Shown: positions 1 to 10,470, counted from the first letter of the stretch. The stretch is DNA of 64,000 nucleotides from Patescibacteria group bacterium (GCA_028865725.1 JAGWJP010000002.1:104050-168049); one strand, 5' to 3'. Numbers and translations are program-made. Notes: generated from the letters alone by a model not told the origin.

Positions 1-35
1 TTGGTAGGTCATATTCTAAATATTCAACGTGTGAG

Positions 36-1226
36 TTACTTAAAATAACGTTTCATACTATCGAGTACGCGGAAAAAAACGTCGATATCGTGCGCGTCGT
101 TATAAAGACCGAGGCTCAAACGCACCGATCCCGGCACATGAAAAAACGTATGAAGCGGGATAGCGCAATGATGCCCTGCGCGTACGGCAACATGCGCACC
201 CGAAAATATGCTTGCCGCATCATGCACGTGCATGGCCTCCAGTGAAAACGATACCACTCCCACATTATCTTTTGGGGAGCTTAAGGGGTGCACGAAGTTA
301 TAGATACGTAGGCGCTCATAAACCGCCTTCACCAGTGCATCTTCGTGTGCACGAATAGCAGAAAATCCGACACGCTGTAAATACTGAATAGCCGCACATG
401 AAGCCACTACCTCGGCAATAGGAGGCGTGCCCGCCTCGAGGCATCGAGGAATATCAAAATACTGTACAGATGTTGCCGACACATTACGCGCGGTAGACCC
501 CCCCACTAAAAACGGCTTCATCTCAAAGAATCGTCTCTCATTAATATAGAGGACTCCTACTCCCGTTGGTCCATACATTTTGTGCACCGAGTAGGCTAGA
601 AAATCACATCCGATCTCAGTCACATCAAGCGGAATATGTGCTACCGCTTGTGCCGCATCCACCACAAACGCAATACGACGTTTCCCAATCGTAGGGCGTA
701 TCTTCTGAAGCGGCACCACTGTCCCGAGCACATTAGAAACCGCTGTACAACACACCATGCGCGTACGCGCGGTGAGCAACTTCTCGAGATCACTCACATG
801 AAGAACTCCTTCACGATCAGGCTTCCAGACACGAAGTTTAATTTTCTTTTCATGCGCCAATACCTGCCACGGCAAAAAGTTACTGTGATGCTCTAAGACT
901 GAAACCACAATCTCGTCACCCGGTTTTATATTCACTCTTCCCCATGCATATGCAACAAGATTCAACGCCTCAGTTGCATTCTTAGTAAATACAATCTCGT
1001 GCGCCTTTGCACCCACAAACTTTGCATGCAGAGCGCGCGCATTTTCATAGAGCGCGCTCGCCTCCTCGCTTAACGCATAAAACCCACGATGAATATTCGC
1101 GTTTTGTTTTGCATAAAAAGAGCTCATTGCATCGATTACCGCTTTTGGTTTTTGGGCAGTCGCCGCGTTATCAAGATAAATGAGGTCCTTGTGTGCATTA
1201 AAAATAGGAAAATCTTTTCTATGCAT
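36..1226 (-). CDS. sufS: Cysteine desulfurase, class V aminotransferase (SufS/NifS family)
   Basis: 396 aa ORF; PLP-aminotransferase class V architecture; RAGHHCA active-site Cys motif typical of group II (SufS) desulfurases; SVHKMYGP lysine region. Confidence 0.85.
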   Translation of the reverse strand: MHRKDFPIFNAHKDLIYLDNAATAQKPKAVIDAMSSFYAKQNANIHRGFYALSEEASALYENARALHAKFVGAKAHEIVFTKNATEALNLVAYAWGRVNIKPGDEIVVSVLEHHSNFLPWQVLAHEKKIKLRVWKPDREGVLHVSDLEKLLTARTRMVCCTAVSNVLGTVVPLQKIRPTIGKRRIAFVVDAAQAVAHIPLDVTEIGCDFLAYSVHKMYGPTGVGVLYINERRFFEMKPFLVGGSTARNVSATSVQYFDIPRCLEAGTPPIAEVVASCAAIQYLQRVGFSAIRAHEDALVKAVYERLRIYNFVHPLSSPKDNVGVVSFSLEAMHVHDAASIFSGAHVAVRAGHHCAIPLHTFFHVPGSVRLSLGLYNDAHDIDVFFRVLDSMKRYFK

Positions 1227-1227
1227 A

Positions 1228-4200
1228 TTATTGGATCATATCGCGAAGAGTGCAGTACTCACAATCCTTTTCTTCACATCGCACATCCCAAAACGATAAA
1301 TGAAGAACATCGGTAGCCATGTGTTTAATCTCCTCCTCTAATCCCCGTACATCTTCTTCGGTAATATCAAAACATTCTTTTTTATAGATTCCGCGCTCGT
1401 TCGGCTCCAAAAAATCAATCTCTCCCGAGGTCATACGATACCGCCCTTGTTCATAGCGATCAAGCAGAAGTTTATAAAATACTAATTGTCTCTTATAATC
1501 ACCATTCCCATCTTTTGTCAAACCTTCAATGGCGTTCCTCGACATAGGCTTTTTCGTTTTGTAATCAACCACATTTACTCCGTTTCCTACTCCAAGCTCT
1601 ACCTTATCGATACGACCCGCAAGCTTCACCGGTGTGAACTCATCCGAAACTGATAATGTGGCCCCCTCCACAAAAAACTCAGTTAATACGTTTATATTCC
1701 ACGTGTTTTTATAATACTCGTAATATCCACGCAACGCATCTTTTCCACGCACCAGAAAATCCTGATACTGCTCTCCGGAAAGTGAAGTTTTTCCTAACTC
1801 ATACTCGAACGCACCAAGCACCATTTCCGGAGTGACAGGATCCCCCTTTCTGAGCCGCATGAATAACATATTCATGGCCGCATGTGCAGCGATACCATAG
1901 AGTGCGATAGGCACCTTCGCCCGGGGAATACGCAATAAGTCGCTATAAAAATACTTCCAAGGACACTCACGGTAATGGTTAAGTGCCGTCGGAGAGATAC
2001 CACGTTCCTCGAAACACTGCGCAATAAACTTTTTTTCATAAATTGATTCCGGCGTTACCATGCGTGGTGTACACAATAATTCTGATACTTCAGAAGACTC
2101 ACTTGCGTGATGCGCAGTGCAGTCTATGGTTTCTTTGTGTGTGGGATCAATTTCGCCAATAAATTGGGACGGGAGCATCTCCGCCCCATCAGCAGTGTGG
2201 GTAGCATAGCTTATCACGAGACGCTTTGCGGCACGAGTAAGCGCCACATAAAAAATGTGACGCTCATCATCATTGCGATTCCCCTCACGTTCTTGTTCCC
2301 CTACCCCTGCACGCGAAACACTAAACTGTTCGCGATTCCTTCTATTCCCCCAGTGTCCGTCGGTAACACCAATCATATACACATAATCAAACTCGAGTCC
2401 TTTTGCCTTATGCACCGTCATCCCACGCACCCCTCCCGTATGTGCACCGTTTTTTGCGCCCTTGATTACCAGGTTATGCGCCTCGACCACATCAAGATAA
2501 TGAATAAGATCGCGAAGACGACATCCAGGATTTCCTTCCTCGAGACGTTCTATTTCCTGAAACAATACTTTTATTTTCGAAAGTTTCGCAGCAGCATCTG
2601 GGCGCGCAAGGATAAACCCAAGAAGCCCAGAATCACGAATAACGTTTTCACACAATTCACTTGCGCTAATGCGCTCTGCGCTCTCTGCCCACGCGCGCAT
2701 ATTGCGCCCCCAAGAAAGAAGCGCATCGCGCGACTCGTACATAGGATCGTCTTCGCGGGACAACCTCGCGAGCACGCCGTAAATACCGTCACGCGTATTA
2801 TGCGCAGTAACAATCACGCGATAGACATCAAGCGGGTGAATTCCAAAATAAGGAAGGTGCAGTGCACGCGCAGCCCACTCTCCTTCTCCAAAATAATGGA
2901 TAGCCTTTAATACGACAAGGAGATTCTTTACGTCAAGATCATCAAGCACATTGTGATCAGACTGGATGGAAAACGGGATCCTCATCTTTTCAAACACATG
3001 TGCCACCGCCACCACATCGTTATTATCGCGATACAACACCGCGATCGACTCGGGCGAAACGCCGTGGTCAAGAGACTCCCGTATGTCATACCCCAAAAAA
3101 TAATACTCGTCTTCCGGCGAATAGTACGCATGAATTTCTACCTGTTTTCCTGTTCCTTGACGTGCAGCACGAAGCTCATGATTGAGATCATTATCACCTT
3201 CTCCTTTGGTAATAAGACTATGCGCAGCATCAAGAATCTTCTGCGTAGAGCGATAATTGTCCTCAAGCGTAATCGCTTTGGCGTGCGGATACTTCTCGAG
3301 AAAATAGAGAAAATTTTGAAGCGACGCGCCCTGAAAACGAAAAATCGCCTGCTTTGCATCTCCCACAATAAAAATATTGGGGTGGGGATCGTAATTAACA
3401 AGCAAGTCGAGAAGCGTGTTTTGTGCATTGTTCACATCTTGATGCTCGTCTGCCAATACATAATGGTACTGTTCCTGAAGCATTAAAAGAAGATTGCTAT
3501 CAAGCGCCAATGCACGCACTACCTCAAGAATCATATCGTTGTAGTCATAGCGTTTTCGTTCTTGCAACATCTGTTCATACTCTGCGTACACAATTCCCAA
3601 CTCCCTATTTTTCTCAAGCGCATGCTCCTGCTTTACATATTCTGACTTCATCTTTCCTTTATGCGCGCCTTTCGTATGGTAGAGATCATCACGCGAAAGA
3701 AACACCTCTTTCTCCTTTGCAGTTTGTGTAGCAAATACATCTTCAGTAACTCCCTCGCGTTTTAACTCTGCAAGAGCGCGTATAATGCCCCGCGCATAGT
3801 AGAGTGGATCTCCCGCAGGCCGCAAAAGAGAAAGTGGTGCATGCGCGACAATCTCCTCGATATATTCAAACTGCTCTGCCTCGGTGATGTGCGTCGCCCC
3901 GATGATGCGCGGGAAGGATTCTGGATACGCTTGAATGAGATCGTTACAAAATTTATGAAACGTAGCGATCCGCACCCCGTATGCCGCGCTCCCCACCACA
4001 TCAAAAAGCCGCTTCCGCATATTGGCAGCGGCAGCATCGGTAAAGGTAAGCGCCAAGATACTCGAAGGTGCGGTATCAGTGCACTTTAAGATGTTTGCGA
4101 TGCGAAGCGTAAGCACCTTTGTCTTTCCCGTACCAGGCCCTGCAAACACCACCACGGGCCCCTCAATTGCATCGACTGCTTTGCGCTGTTTTGTATTAAG

Positions 4201-4236
4201 CTTTTCGTATTCTTTTTGAAAAACAATATTTTTCAT
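1228..4236 (-). CDS. UvrD/PcrA-type superfamily 1 helicase fused to C-terminal PD-(D/E)XK (Cas4/AddB-like) Fe-S nuclease
   Basis: 1002 aa; Walker A GPGTGKT near N-terminus, DEHQD Walker B-like motif, UvrD motifs (VGDAKQAIFRFQGA, YRS, HKAKGLEFD, VALTRA); C-terminal domain with one Cys in RECPWKYF plus a CEEKDCEYC cluster, as in Cas4/AddB iron-sulfur nucleases. Confidence 0.8.
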   Translation of the reverse strand: MKNIVFQKEYEKLNTKQRKAVDAIEGPVVVFAGPGTGKTKVLTLRIANILKCTDTAPSSILALTFTDAAAANMRKRLFDVVGSAAYGVRIATFHKFCNDLIQAYPESFPRIIGATHITEAEQFEYIEEIVAHAPLSLLRPAGDPLYYARGIIRALAELKREGVTEDVFATQTAKEKEVFLSRDDLYHTKGAHKGKMKSEYVKQEHALEKNRELGIVYAEYEQMLQERKRYDYNDMILEVVRALALDSNLLLMLQEQYHYVLADEHQDVNNAQNTLLDLLVNYDPHPNIFIVGDAKQAIFRFQGASLQNFLYFLEKYPHAKAITLEDNYRSTQKILDAAHSLITKGEGDNDLNHELRAARQGTGKQVEIHAYYSPEDEYYFLGYDIRESLDHGVSPESIAVLYRDNNDVVAVAHVFEKMRIPFSIQSDHNVLDDLDVKNLLVVLKAIHYFGEGEWAARALHLPYFGIHPLDVYRVIVTAHNTRDGIYGVLARLSREDDPMYESRDALLSWGRNMRAWAESAERISASELCENVIRDSGLLGFILARPDAAAKLSKIKVLFQEIERLEEGNPGCRLRDLIHYLDVVEAHNLVIKGAKNGAHTGGVRGMTVHKAKGLEFDYVYMIGVTDGHWGNRRNREQFSVSRAGVGEQEREGNRNDDERHIFYVALTRAAKRLVISYATHTADGAEMLPSQFIGEIDPTHKETIDCTAHHASESSEVSELLCTPRMVTPESIYEKKFIAQCFEERGISPTALNHYRECPWKYFYSDLLRIPRAKVPIALYGIAAHAAMNMLFMRLRKGDPVTPEMVLGAFEYELGKTSLSGEQYQDFLVRGKDALRGYYEYYKNTWNINVLTEFFVEGATLSVSDEFTPVKLAGRIDKVELGVGNGVNVVDYKTKKPMSRNAIEGLTKDGNGDYKRQLVFYKLLLDRYEQGRYRMTSGEIDFLEPNERGIYKKECFDITEEDVRGLEEEIKHMATDVLHLSFWDVRCEEKDCEYCTLRDMIQ

Positions 4237-4343
4237 ATCCTTTTCACTATATCGATAAATCTAAAAAAGAAAAACCCCGCGTACTGTGAAACGAGTATAC
4301 GCCTGATTACGCCTCACCCCTGCGATAAACCAAGAATTGAAAC

Positions 4344-4916
4344 CTAAAACAGTGCTTCCTGAGGATTGATATCGAGCGACCAGCCCCAATCGAAATCAAA
4401 GGTGACCCCTGGCGGATTAAATTTGTCGGGCACAAAGAGCTTCTTTTTATCAAGCACGAACTCATACAACTCTTTAGTAATCTTTACGTCGTTCAAGCAG
4501 TAGTGCTTGAGCTTCTCGATCTCTCCGCTTCTATAATATTCGATCGCATCGAGCCCTTTTCCGTTTTTTCCTGAATGCAAATTGGCTTCGCACAATACGC
4601 CAAGCCCTACACGGCGCCCCAGCTTTTTCTTTACTTCCTCGAACATATCAAGCGTTTTAATTTTTCCGATATTTGTCTTAAAGTATTTTCTCATCACGGG
4701 AATATCAAACTGATCCACCGCAAATCCGATGATAAGCTCTGTGTGCGCAAGTAGAGGCTCTAAGCGATCAAATTCATGCTCTTCGAGACCAAGATACTGA
4801 TCTTTTGCATAAGAATACACGCCGATGAGCGACGCATCAAGCTTCTCTACATTACGCTCTCCCCCTACATCATTAAATGTATTTTTGGTTTCAATATCGA
4901 TTACGAGACGATCCAT
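4344..4916 (-). CDS. DEDD-type 3'-5' exonuclease (RNase H-like fold, DnaQ-like)
   Basis: 190 aa; N-terminal DIET acidic motif, later FD..V and C-terminal HYCLNDV motif consistent with DEDDh exonucleases. Confidence 0.55.
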   Translation of the reverse strand: MDRLVIDIETKNTFNDVGGERNVEKLDASLIGVYSYAKDQYLGLEEHEFDRLEPLLAHTELIIGFAVDQFDIPVMRKYFKTNIGKIKTLDMFEEVKKKLGRRVGLGVLCEANLHSGKNGKGLDAIEYYRSGEIEKLKHYCLNDVKITKELYEFVLDKKKLFVPDKFNPPGVTFDFDWGWSLDINPQEALF

Positions 4917-4963
4917 ATGACTTGATGATAAACCGCCAAGGTTTTGTGATTAGGAATTATTTT

Positions 4964-5478
4964 TTATGATGCCACAATTCCTTTAGAAACTCCATGCACC
5001 ATTTCTTCAATGCGCCGAGTCAATGTATTCAATAGAGCTTTGTTGTGTGCTTCGATGTGTACACGCAACAAATCTTCCGTACTCGAAGGACGCACATTGA
5101 TGCAAAAATCATGCCCTTCAAGGGTAAGCCCGTCGAGATGAGAAACATATGCCATGTTCCCAAATGCTGCCTCTATGCGTGATATCATCGCTTCCTTGCC
5201 TTTCACGTTATAATTCAATGTTGGTGAATGCGGACGCATATCAAATAACTCCATCGTTTCAACAAGCACTTCTGGTACATAAATCGCAATATTCATAATC
5301 TTAAAAAACACGAGAATACCCGAATCCGCATTAAAAACTCTCTAAAATAATAATGTCCCGACCACTCAGCGCCACCCCATACCGCAACGTCCTTGAACTT
5401 CGCTCTAAAATGCGGTCCTCCTACACGTGTTAATACAGGCTTTGCGACAGAGACTTTTTTAAGTTCCTCGCGCGCCAT
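4964..5478 (-). pseudogene. Phosphoglucomutase/phosphomannomutase remnant (domains III-IV only, frameshifted)
   Basis: ORF 5293..5478 encodes the GGAEWSGHYYF sugar-phosphate loop (domain III GEESGH motif). Overlapping ORF 4964..5311 in another frame encodes NVRPSSTEDLLRVHIEA (domain IV RPSNTEP motif). No room upstream for domains I-II with the catalytic phosphoserine. Confidence 0.6.
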
Positions 5479-5513
5479 AAGAACGCCGGCAAGATCAGCG
5501 CGTATATAATCCT

Positions 5514-5924
5514 TTAATGCGGAATCACATTAGAGATGAGCGCACTCCACCAAGAAGGAGACGCTTCTGCGACATGAGGCACTATGGCAGGGGAGGACGA
5601 CGGAGCATTCACGACAATAATCACCTTCTCCCCTTTTTGCTGTACATTCAGCTCTTCCTTTGCCTTTTCTTCAAGATGAATAGGGTCGTGATACCAATCT
5701 ACTTGCTGCTGCAATACGTTATGTTCGATGGTTAACTTTTGTTCTTCAGCGTGGATCCGATTTAATTCACGAGACAGATCCGCATACTCACGATACCGAT
5801 CCCATGTATGGCGCATCACGATAAGCGTAAACAAAAACAAGCTAATGATAGGAAGCCATCGAAATAAGGCGTGAAATCGTTGCATAAAAAAGATATGAAA
5901 CAGCTCTTGGCATAGATACTGCAC
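5514..5924 (-). CDS. FtsB/DivIC-like septum formation initiator (TM + coiled coil)
   Basis: 136 aa; single N-terminal TM helix followed by a coiled-coil segment and the DP.HLEEKAKEELNV..KGEKVII region typical of FtsB family. Confidence 0.5.
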   Translation of the reverse strand: MQYLCQELFHIFFMQRFHALFRWLPIISLFLFTLIVMRHTWDRYREYADLSRELNRIHAEEQKLTIEHNVLQQQVDWYHDPIHLEEKAKEELNVQQKGEKVIIVVNAPSSSPAIVPHVAEASPSWWSALISNVIPH

Positions 5925-5957
5925 TCCCTCGTTTTTGAGGGCGAACCTATACGTACG

Positions 5958-7748
5958 CTACTTAAACACTTCGTAAAAGATGTGCGGCTCTACTGTTACC
6001 TTCCCTAATTCCTTAAGACGCTTTTTTCCCTCCTTCTGTTTTTTCCATAATTTCATTTTTCGGCTGCGGTCGCCTCCATACAAATAGCCCGTGACATCTT
6101 TGCGAAGTGCGGGAATAGTTTCCCGTGCCACAATCCTCGATCCCACTGCCGCTTGAATGGCCACAGCAAAATTTTCCCGCGGCAACAGATCTTTCAACTT
6201 TGCCGCCACCGCACGTCCCTCACGTTCTATTTTACTCTTTGGAAGGATTCTTGAAAATCCATCGAAACGCTCTCCTGCAATTAAAATATCGAGACGCTCC
6301 AGATCGCCTTTTCTATATTCAAGAAACGTATAGCTCATAGAAGCATATCCTTGTGAAACACTCTTTAAGTTATCATAAAAATTCACAATAATCTCAGCAA
6401 GCGGTGCCTCGAAATGAATCACCTGCCCATCTCCAAACCCTTCAACACCCATCAATTGAAGGCGATAATTCTCTACTAATTGCAGCACATTGCCGTAGTA
6501 ACGTTGTGGTGCAAGAATCTCAAGACGCACCCAAGGCTCTCGTATCTCAAGCGCCTGTTCATTCATATCATAATCAGAGGCACGATAAATAAGACGCACG
6601 ATCCCATCCTTCCCTGCCACTTGATACGACACGGAAGGAGTGGTCACCATCATCTCAATATTATACTCTCGCTTCATGCGTTCGATTGCCACATCAAGAT
6701 GCAACAGGCCTAAAAATCCCGCGCGAAACCCGCGCCCGAAAATCAACGATTGTTCAGGTTCATAGAATAGCGCCGCATCATTCAGTTTTAATTTAGAGAG
6801 AGACCGCGCAAGATGCGGATAATCATCCGCAGACGAAGGATAACACGACACGAATACCATAGGACGTGGTTCCTCGTATCCGGGAAACGGCTCCACTCTG
6901 CCTGCGTCCACATCTCGACGCACGACAATTGTATCTCCTACGCGTACTACTCCAGGATCCTTAATTCCTGTCGCAATATACCCTATCTCTCCTGTATACA
7001 AGCAGACTGATGTTTCATGAGTAGGATTAAAGTAGCCTACTTCCATAATATCGGCGTCTTTTTTGTTTTGAAACAACACCATGCGTTCATGCGCGCGAAA
7101 TTCACCGTCTAAGACACGCACGTTTGCGATAACTCCTTTATGATTATCGAAATGCGAATCAAAAATAAGCGCACGGCTAGAACGCGAAGCATTGCCTGTA
7201 GGAGGCGGGATCTCCGCCACTATCGTCTCGAGAAGATTGCGTACTCCTTCTCCGGTTTTTCCGGAAATAAGCTTCACGCGATCCATCTCTACTCCTACAA
7301 GCTGGGCAAGCTCCATCACGCGCGTCTCAAGATCCTGCGGCGCCAAATCAATTTTATTGAGGGCAGGAATAATAGTAAGTCCGCATTGTTGCGCAAACAT
7401 ATAGTTGGCAAGCGTCTGGGCCTGTATTCCTTGTGTTGCATCCACCAACAGAACAGCACCCTCTACCGCGAGAAGCGAACGAGATACTTCATATGCAAAA
7501 TCAGCATGGCCAGGGGTATCAATGAGATTCAACACATAAGGCATGTCAGTGCCCTCCGGCGTATACATCATCCGCACAGGCTGCAATTTAATCGTGATCC
7601 CCCGCTCCCGCTCAAGATCCATCTGATCCAAAAATTGTTCGCGCATTTTTCGCTTCTCCACAGTGTGCGTCATTTCTAAAAACCGATCTGCAAGTGTAGA
7701 CTTCCCATGATCAATATGCGCAATAATACAAAAATTTCTAATATTCAT
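5958..7748 (-). CDS. lepA: Elongation factor 4 (LepA)
   Basis: 596 aa; NIRNFCIIAHIDHGKSTLADR G1 motif, DTPGHADF, NKIDL; LepA-specific C-terminal domain. Confidence 0.95.
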   Translation of the reverse strand: MNIRNFCIIAHIDHGKSTLADRFLEMTHTVEKRKMREQFLDQMDLERERGITIKLQPVRMMYTPEGTDMPYVLNLIDTPGHADFAYEVSRSLLAVEGAVLLVDATQGIQAQTLANYMFAQQCGLTIIPALNKIDLAPQDLETRVMELAQLVGVEMDRVKLISGKTGEGVRNLLETIVAEIPPPTGNASRSSRALIFDSHFDNHKGVIANVRVLDGEFRAHERMVLFQNKKDADIMEVGYFNPTHETSVCLYTGEIGYIATGIKDPGVVRVGDTIVVRRDVDAGRVEPFPGYEEPRPMVFVSCYPSSADDYPHLARSLSKLKLNDAALFYEPEQSLIFGRGFRAGFLGLLHLDVAIERMKREYNIEMMVTTPSVSYQVAGKDGIVRLIYRASDYDMNEQALEIREPWVRLEILAPQRYYGNVLQLVENYRLQLMGVEGFGDGQVIHFEAPLAEIIVNFYDNLKSVSQGYASMSYTFLEYRKGDLERLDILIAGERFDGFSRILPKSKIEREGRAVAAKLKDLLPRENFAVAIQAAVGSRIVARETIPALRKDVTGYLYGGDRSRKMKLWKKQKEGKKRLKELGKVTVEPHIFYEVFK

Positions 7749-7852
7749 AATAAAAAATAAAAATACAAATCTAAAAATTTAAAATAAAGGTGTAAAAATG
7801 TTTTCACTTTCACATTTCAATAATTTTGACTTTTGCATTTTCAGTTTTGAAT

Positions 7853-9001
7853 TTACGCTATGATTCCCCCGCCCAACATCGTGTTTCCTTTATAGAACAC
7901 GATGGACTGTCCTGGAGTAATTGCACGATGAGGTCTGTCAAATATTACACGCACGGTGCGCACTCCTTGCTGCGTAAGTGTCGCACGAACCAGCGCCTGG
8001 CGATACCGTGTTCTACATGTCACGCGCAGAGGCATCATGGGTACTACCCCTTCTATCCATTGCAGATGTTTCGCTGCCAGTTCCTGTCCGAACTGATCAC
8101 GATTGTCTTTTCGCGCCACATATACGATATTCTTTTGCACATCTTTTTTCACCACGCAGTAAATGCCATCTCCCCCCTGAAGCCCGAGCCCATGACGCTG
8201 GCCGATCGTATAAAGCGCGGCCCCTTTGTGTGTGCCGAGCACTGCCCCATCAAGGCTCATCGTGGGCCCAGGCTTAGCAGTATGTAATAAGCGTTTTTCT
8301 AAAAATTCATCAAGCCTTACATCCCCCAAAAAACAAATCCCTTGACTATCTTTTTTGTCTGCAGTGGAAAGTCCAAATTGGGTCGCAAGCGCGCGTACTT
8401 CTGGCTTTGTGTAATTCCCAAGCGGAAACAAGCAGTATTGCAGTTGTCGTTGTGTAAGTGTCCACAAAAAATATGACTGATCTTTATTAAGATCGCGAGC
8501 GATAGCGAGCTCATAACTTTTGATTTTTGCATTTTGAGTTTTGCCTTCTCGTAGACGTACGTAATGCCCCGTCGCAATATAGTCCGCCCTCCAGGCGCGT
8601 GCGGTACGCAAAAATATGCCAAACTTAATCACCTTATTGCACATCACATCAGGGTTCGGAGTAATCCCCTCACTATACCCGCGCACCATATAGTCGACTA
8701 CGTTCTTGGCATATTCTTTTTCAAAATCAAATGTATAAAACGGGATCTTTAACTGAGCGGCAACACGATGCGCATCTGCTTCGTCATTGAGGGCGCAGGG
8801 ATTATTCTCCGACCAACATTTCATGTAAACCCCTACTACCTGAAATCCGGAAAATCCCTTAGGTGCGGTGCGTCCTGTGAGTGCCTTAAACTCATGCGGT
8901 GTCGTCGCACGAGTAAAAAGCGCGGCGGCGACCGAAGAATCCACCCCTCCCGACATCGCCACAATTACAAGAGGTTTTTGTGTGCTCTTCGCATAATTCA
9001 T
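7853..9001 (-). CDS. mnmA: tRNA-specific 2-thiouridylase MnmA
   Basis: 382 aa; PP-loop AMSGGVDSSVAA, catalytic Cys motifs, MnmA C-terminal beta-barrel region. Confidence 0.92.
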   Translation of the reverse strand: MNYAKSTQKPLVIVAMSGGVDSSVAAALFTRATTPHEFKALTGRTAPKGFSGFQVVGVYMKCWSENNPCALNDEADAHRVAAQLKIPFYTFDFEKEYAKNVVDYMVRGYSEGITPNPDVMCNKVIKFGIFLRTARAWRADYIATGHYVRLREGKTQNAKIKSYELAIARDLNKDQSYFLWTLTQRQLQYCLFPLGNYTKPEVRALATQFGLSTADKKDSQGICFLGDVRLDEFLEKRLLHTAKPGPTMSLDGAVLGTHKGAALYTIGQRHGLGLQGGDGIYCVVKKDVQKNIVYVARKDNRDQFGQELAAKHLQWIEGVVPMMPLRVTCRTRYRQALVRATLTQQGVRTVRVIFDRPHRAITPGQSIVFYKGNTMLGGGIIA

Positions 9002-9105
9002 AGGACTCTAGTATGCAACAAATTAAAAAGAACCACAAGTTTACCCTTACCATAACACACCCTGCACATTTCGTGTGAGGTAGAAATGTATAGTGAACAA
9101 GTGGA

Positions 9106-10146
9106 TTAATTGCTTAATCCTGGTGCAAGCTTCACATAATCATTTCCTGACTGTGCATAATACCCCGCTCCCTGGGGACCGTCGCTCGCCCAATTTTCTG
9201 TATTGCTTACTAAATAATTCTCTCCCGTATCCGGATTGTGCACATATTCAGTACCCAGTTGCGGATTATATCCATCGCTGTTATCGGAAGAGGTGTCAGA
9301 TGAAGTATCTCCTCCTCCTGTATCTGTCGAGATTACAGAATTATCGCGTGCCACAAGCTGTGTGCTGCATTGAATAGACGCGGCGATACGCGCAACCAGC
9401 AACCCTTTTGTGGGCCACAACGACTTGCGCACTAAGGCAAAACGCGCCGCTTCGATGTAAGTGGTATTATAACCATCGCCCGGAAAGATACGATAAAAAA
9501 CAACTCCCTTGCTACCCGCAGATTCCACTGAGCGCAGCGTATACGATCCGATCTGCTGGTTATAATCATTCGTAAATTGCATTGGGCTTCCATCGCCAAG
9601 TGCGCCTTGCGCAGCGAGGCTCGCAAGGCGTTGTATTGATGTACCGGGGTCCGGGCTATAGAGGGCGGGATCATAGACCTGCATTGCGGAGTTCACGCCC
9701 AACACGCCATATCCTGCATATAACGTTCTATCGGGACTCACAAAATCAACGGCATCAGATTGCGGTGATGCATTACCCGTCCACCCCACAGGCAACAATG
9801 CCGAACATGCTCCGGTTCGCTGGGGCGTAAGCGCAAAAGCCCCTGTTGCTTCCACTGTTTTTGAGGGTACCGATGCAGTAAGATTTGCAGAAGGAGACCC
9901 TGTGTGCTGAGCGGGAGAAGATGTCATACCCGTATTATGTTGCGGTACTCCTCCTTGCATTCCATTCGTACTCGGTGAAGAGGACTGCGGAGTATTCGCT
10001 ACTGGAGAAGTGTGCTGTTCGTTGAAAGCGGGGTTAGTACCTATGTAATACAGAGTTCCTAAAATAACCACCACCAACACCCCTACGACAAATGCGTAAA
10101 ATTTATTGGCGATGAGCCGCTCCATAAATGAAGACAGAATATTCAT
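9106..10146 (-). CDS. Hypothetical membrane-anchored extracytoplasmic protein (Ser/Thr/Pro-rich linker)
   Basis: 346 aa; N-terminal TM helix (FYAFVVGVLVVVILGTLYYI), low-complexity S/T/P-rich region, C-terminal S/D/G-rich tail; no recognisable catalytic motif. Confidence 0.45.
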   Translation of the reverse strand: MNILSSFMERLIANKFYAFVVGVLVVVILGTLYYIGTNPAFNEQHTSPVANTPQSSSPSTNGMQGGVPQHNTGMTSSPAQHTGSPSANLTASVPSKTVEATGAFALTPQRTGACSALLPVGWTGNASPQSDAVDFVSPDRTLYAGYGVLGVNSAMQVYDPALYSPDPGTSIQRLASLAAQGALGDGSPMQFTNDYNQQIGSYTLRSVESAGSKGVVFYRIFPGDGYNTTYIEAARFALVRKSLWPTKGLLVARIAASIQCSTQLVARDNSVISTDTGGGDTSSDTSSDNSDGYNPQLGTEYVHNPDTGENYLVSNTENWASDGPQGAGYYAQSGNDYVKLAPGLSN

Positions 10147-10155
10147 ATACTTATA

Positions 10156-10470
10156 TTATACCACATTCTCATCCTGCCTGCTCTCCTCCTGTTCGACAAA
10201 ATCAGCAAACTCACCCTCGATCTGTTGTGCCTCCTCAACAAGAATTTGTTTGAACACCTCGAGATGTTTCTCTAAAAACGCGGTCCTGCGCACAAGCTCC
10301 TTTTCATCTACTTCGTTGATAGCAAGCAATGCATCAAACTCTTCCTTATCCTTTCCGGAAAGAAGACTATATAACCGTGAAAATGAACGATTCAAAAGAA
10401 TACGGAGCATGGTGCCGCTAAATTGCTCTAATATGTCTTGGGGTACAAAGGCAAGAAAATCCCAACTCAT
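10156..10470 (-). CDS. Hypothetical protein (104 aa, acidic)
   Basis: ORF tightly packed between two co-directional genes (5-nt gaps), suggesting a small operon; no motif recognised. Confidence 0.35.
   Translation of the reverse strand: MSWDFLAFVPQDILEQFSGTMLRILLNRSFSRLYSLLSGKDKEEFDALLAINEVDEKELVRRTAFLEKHLEVFKQILVEEAQQIEGEFADFVEQEESRQDENVV

Noticed and set aside
2107-2910. Numerous 60-270 aa ORFs overlapping long genes on the opposite strand or in other frames (e.g. 2107..2910, 2953..3486, 7140..7679, 23327..24031, 29622..30587, 34764..35402, 37116..37424, 40425..40853, 42202..42735, 43145..43732, 44463..44972)
   Set aside because: Embedded in or antisense to well-supported genes, with low-complexity or biased composition. 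Treated as non-coding shadows.
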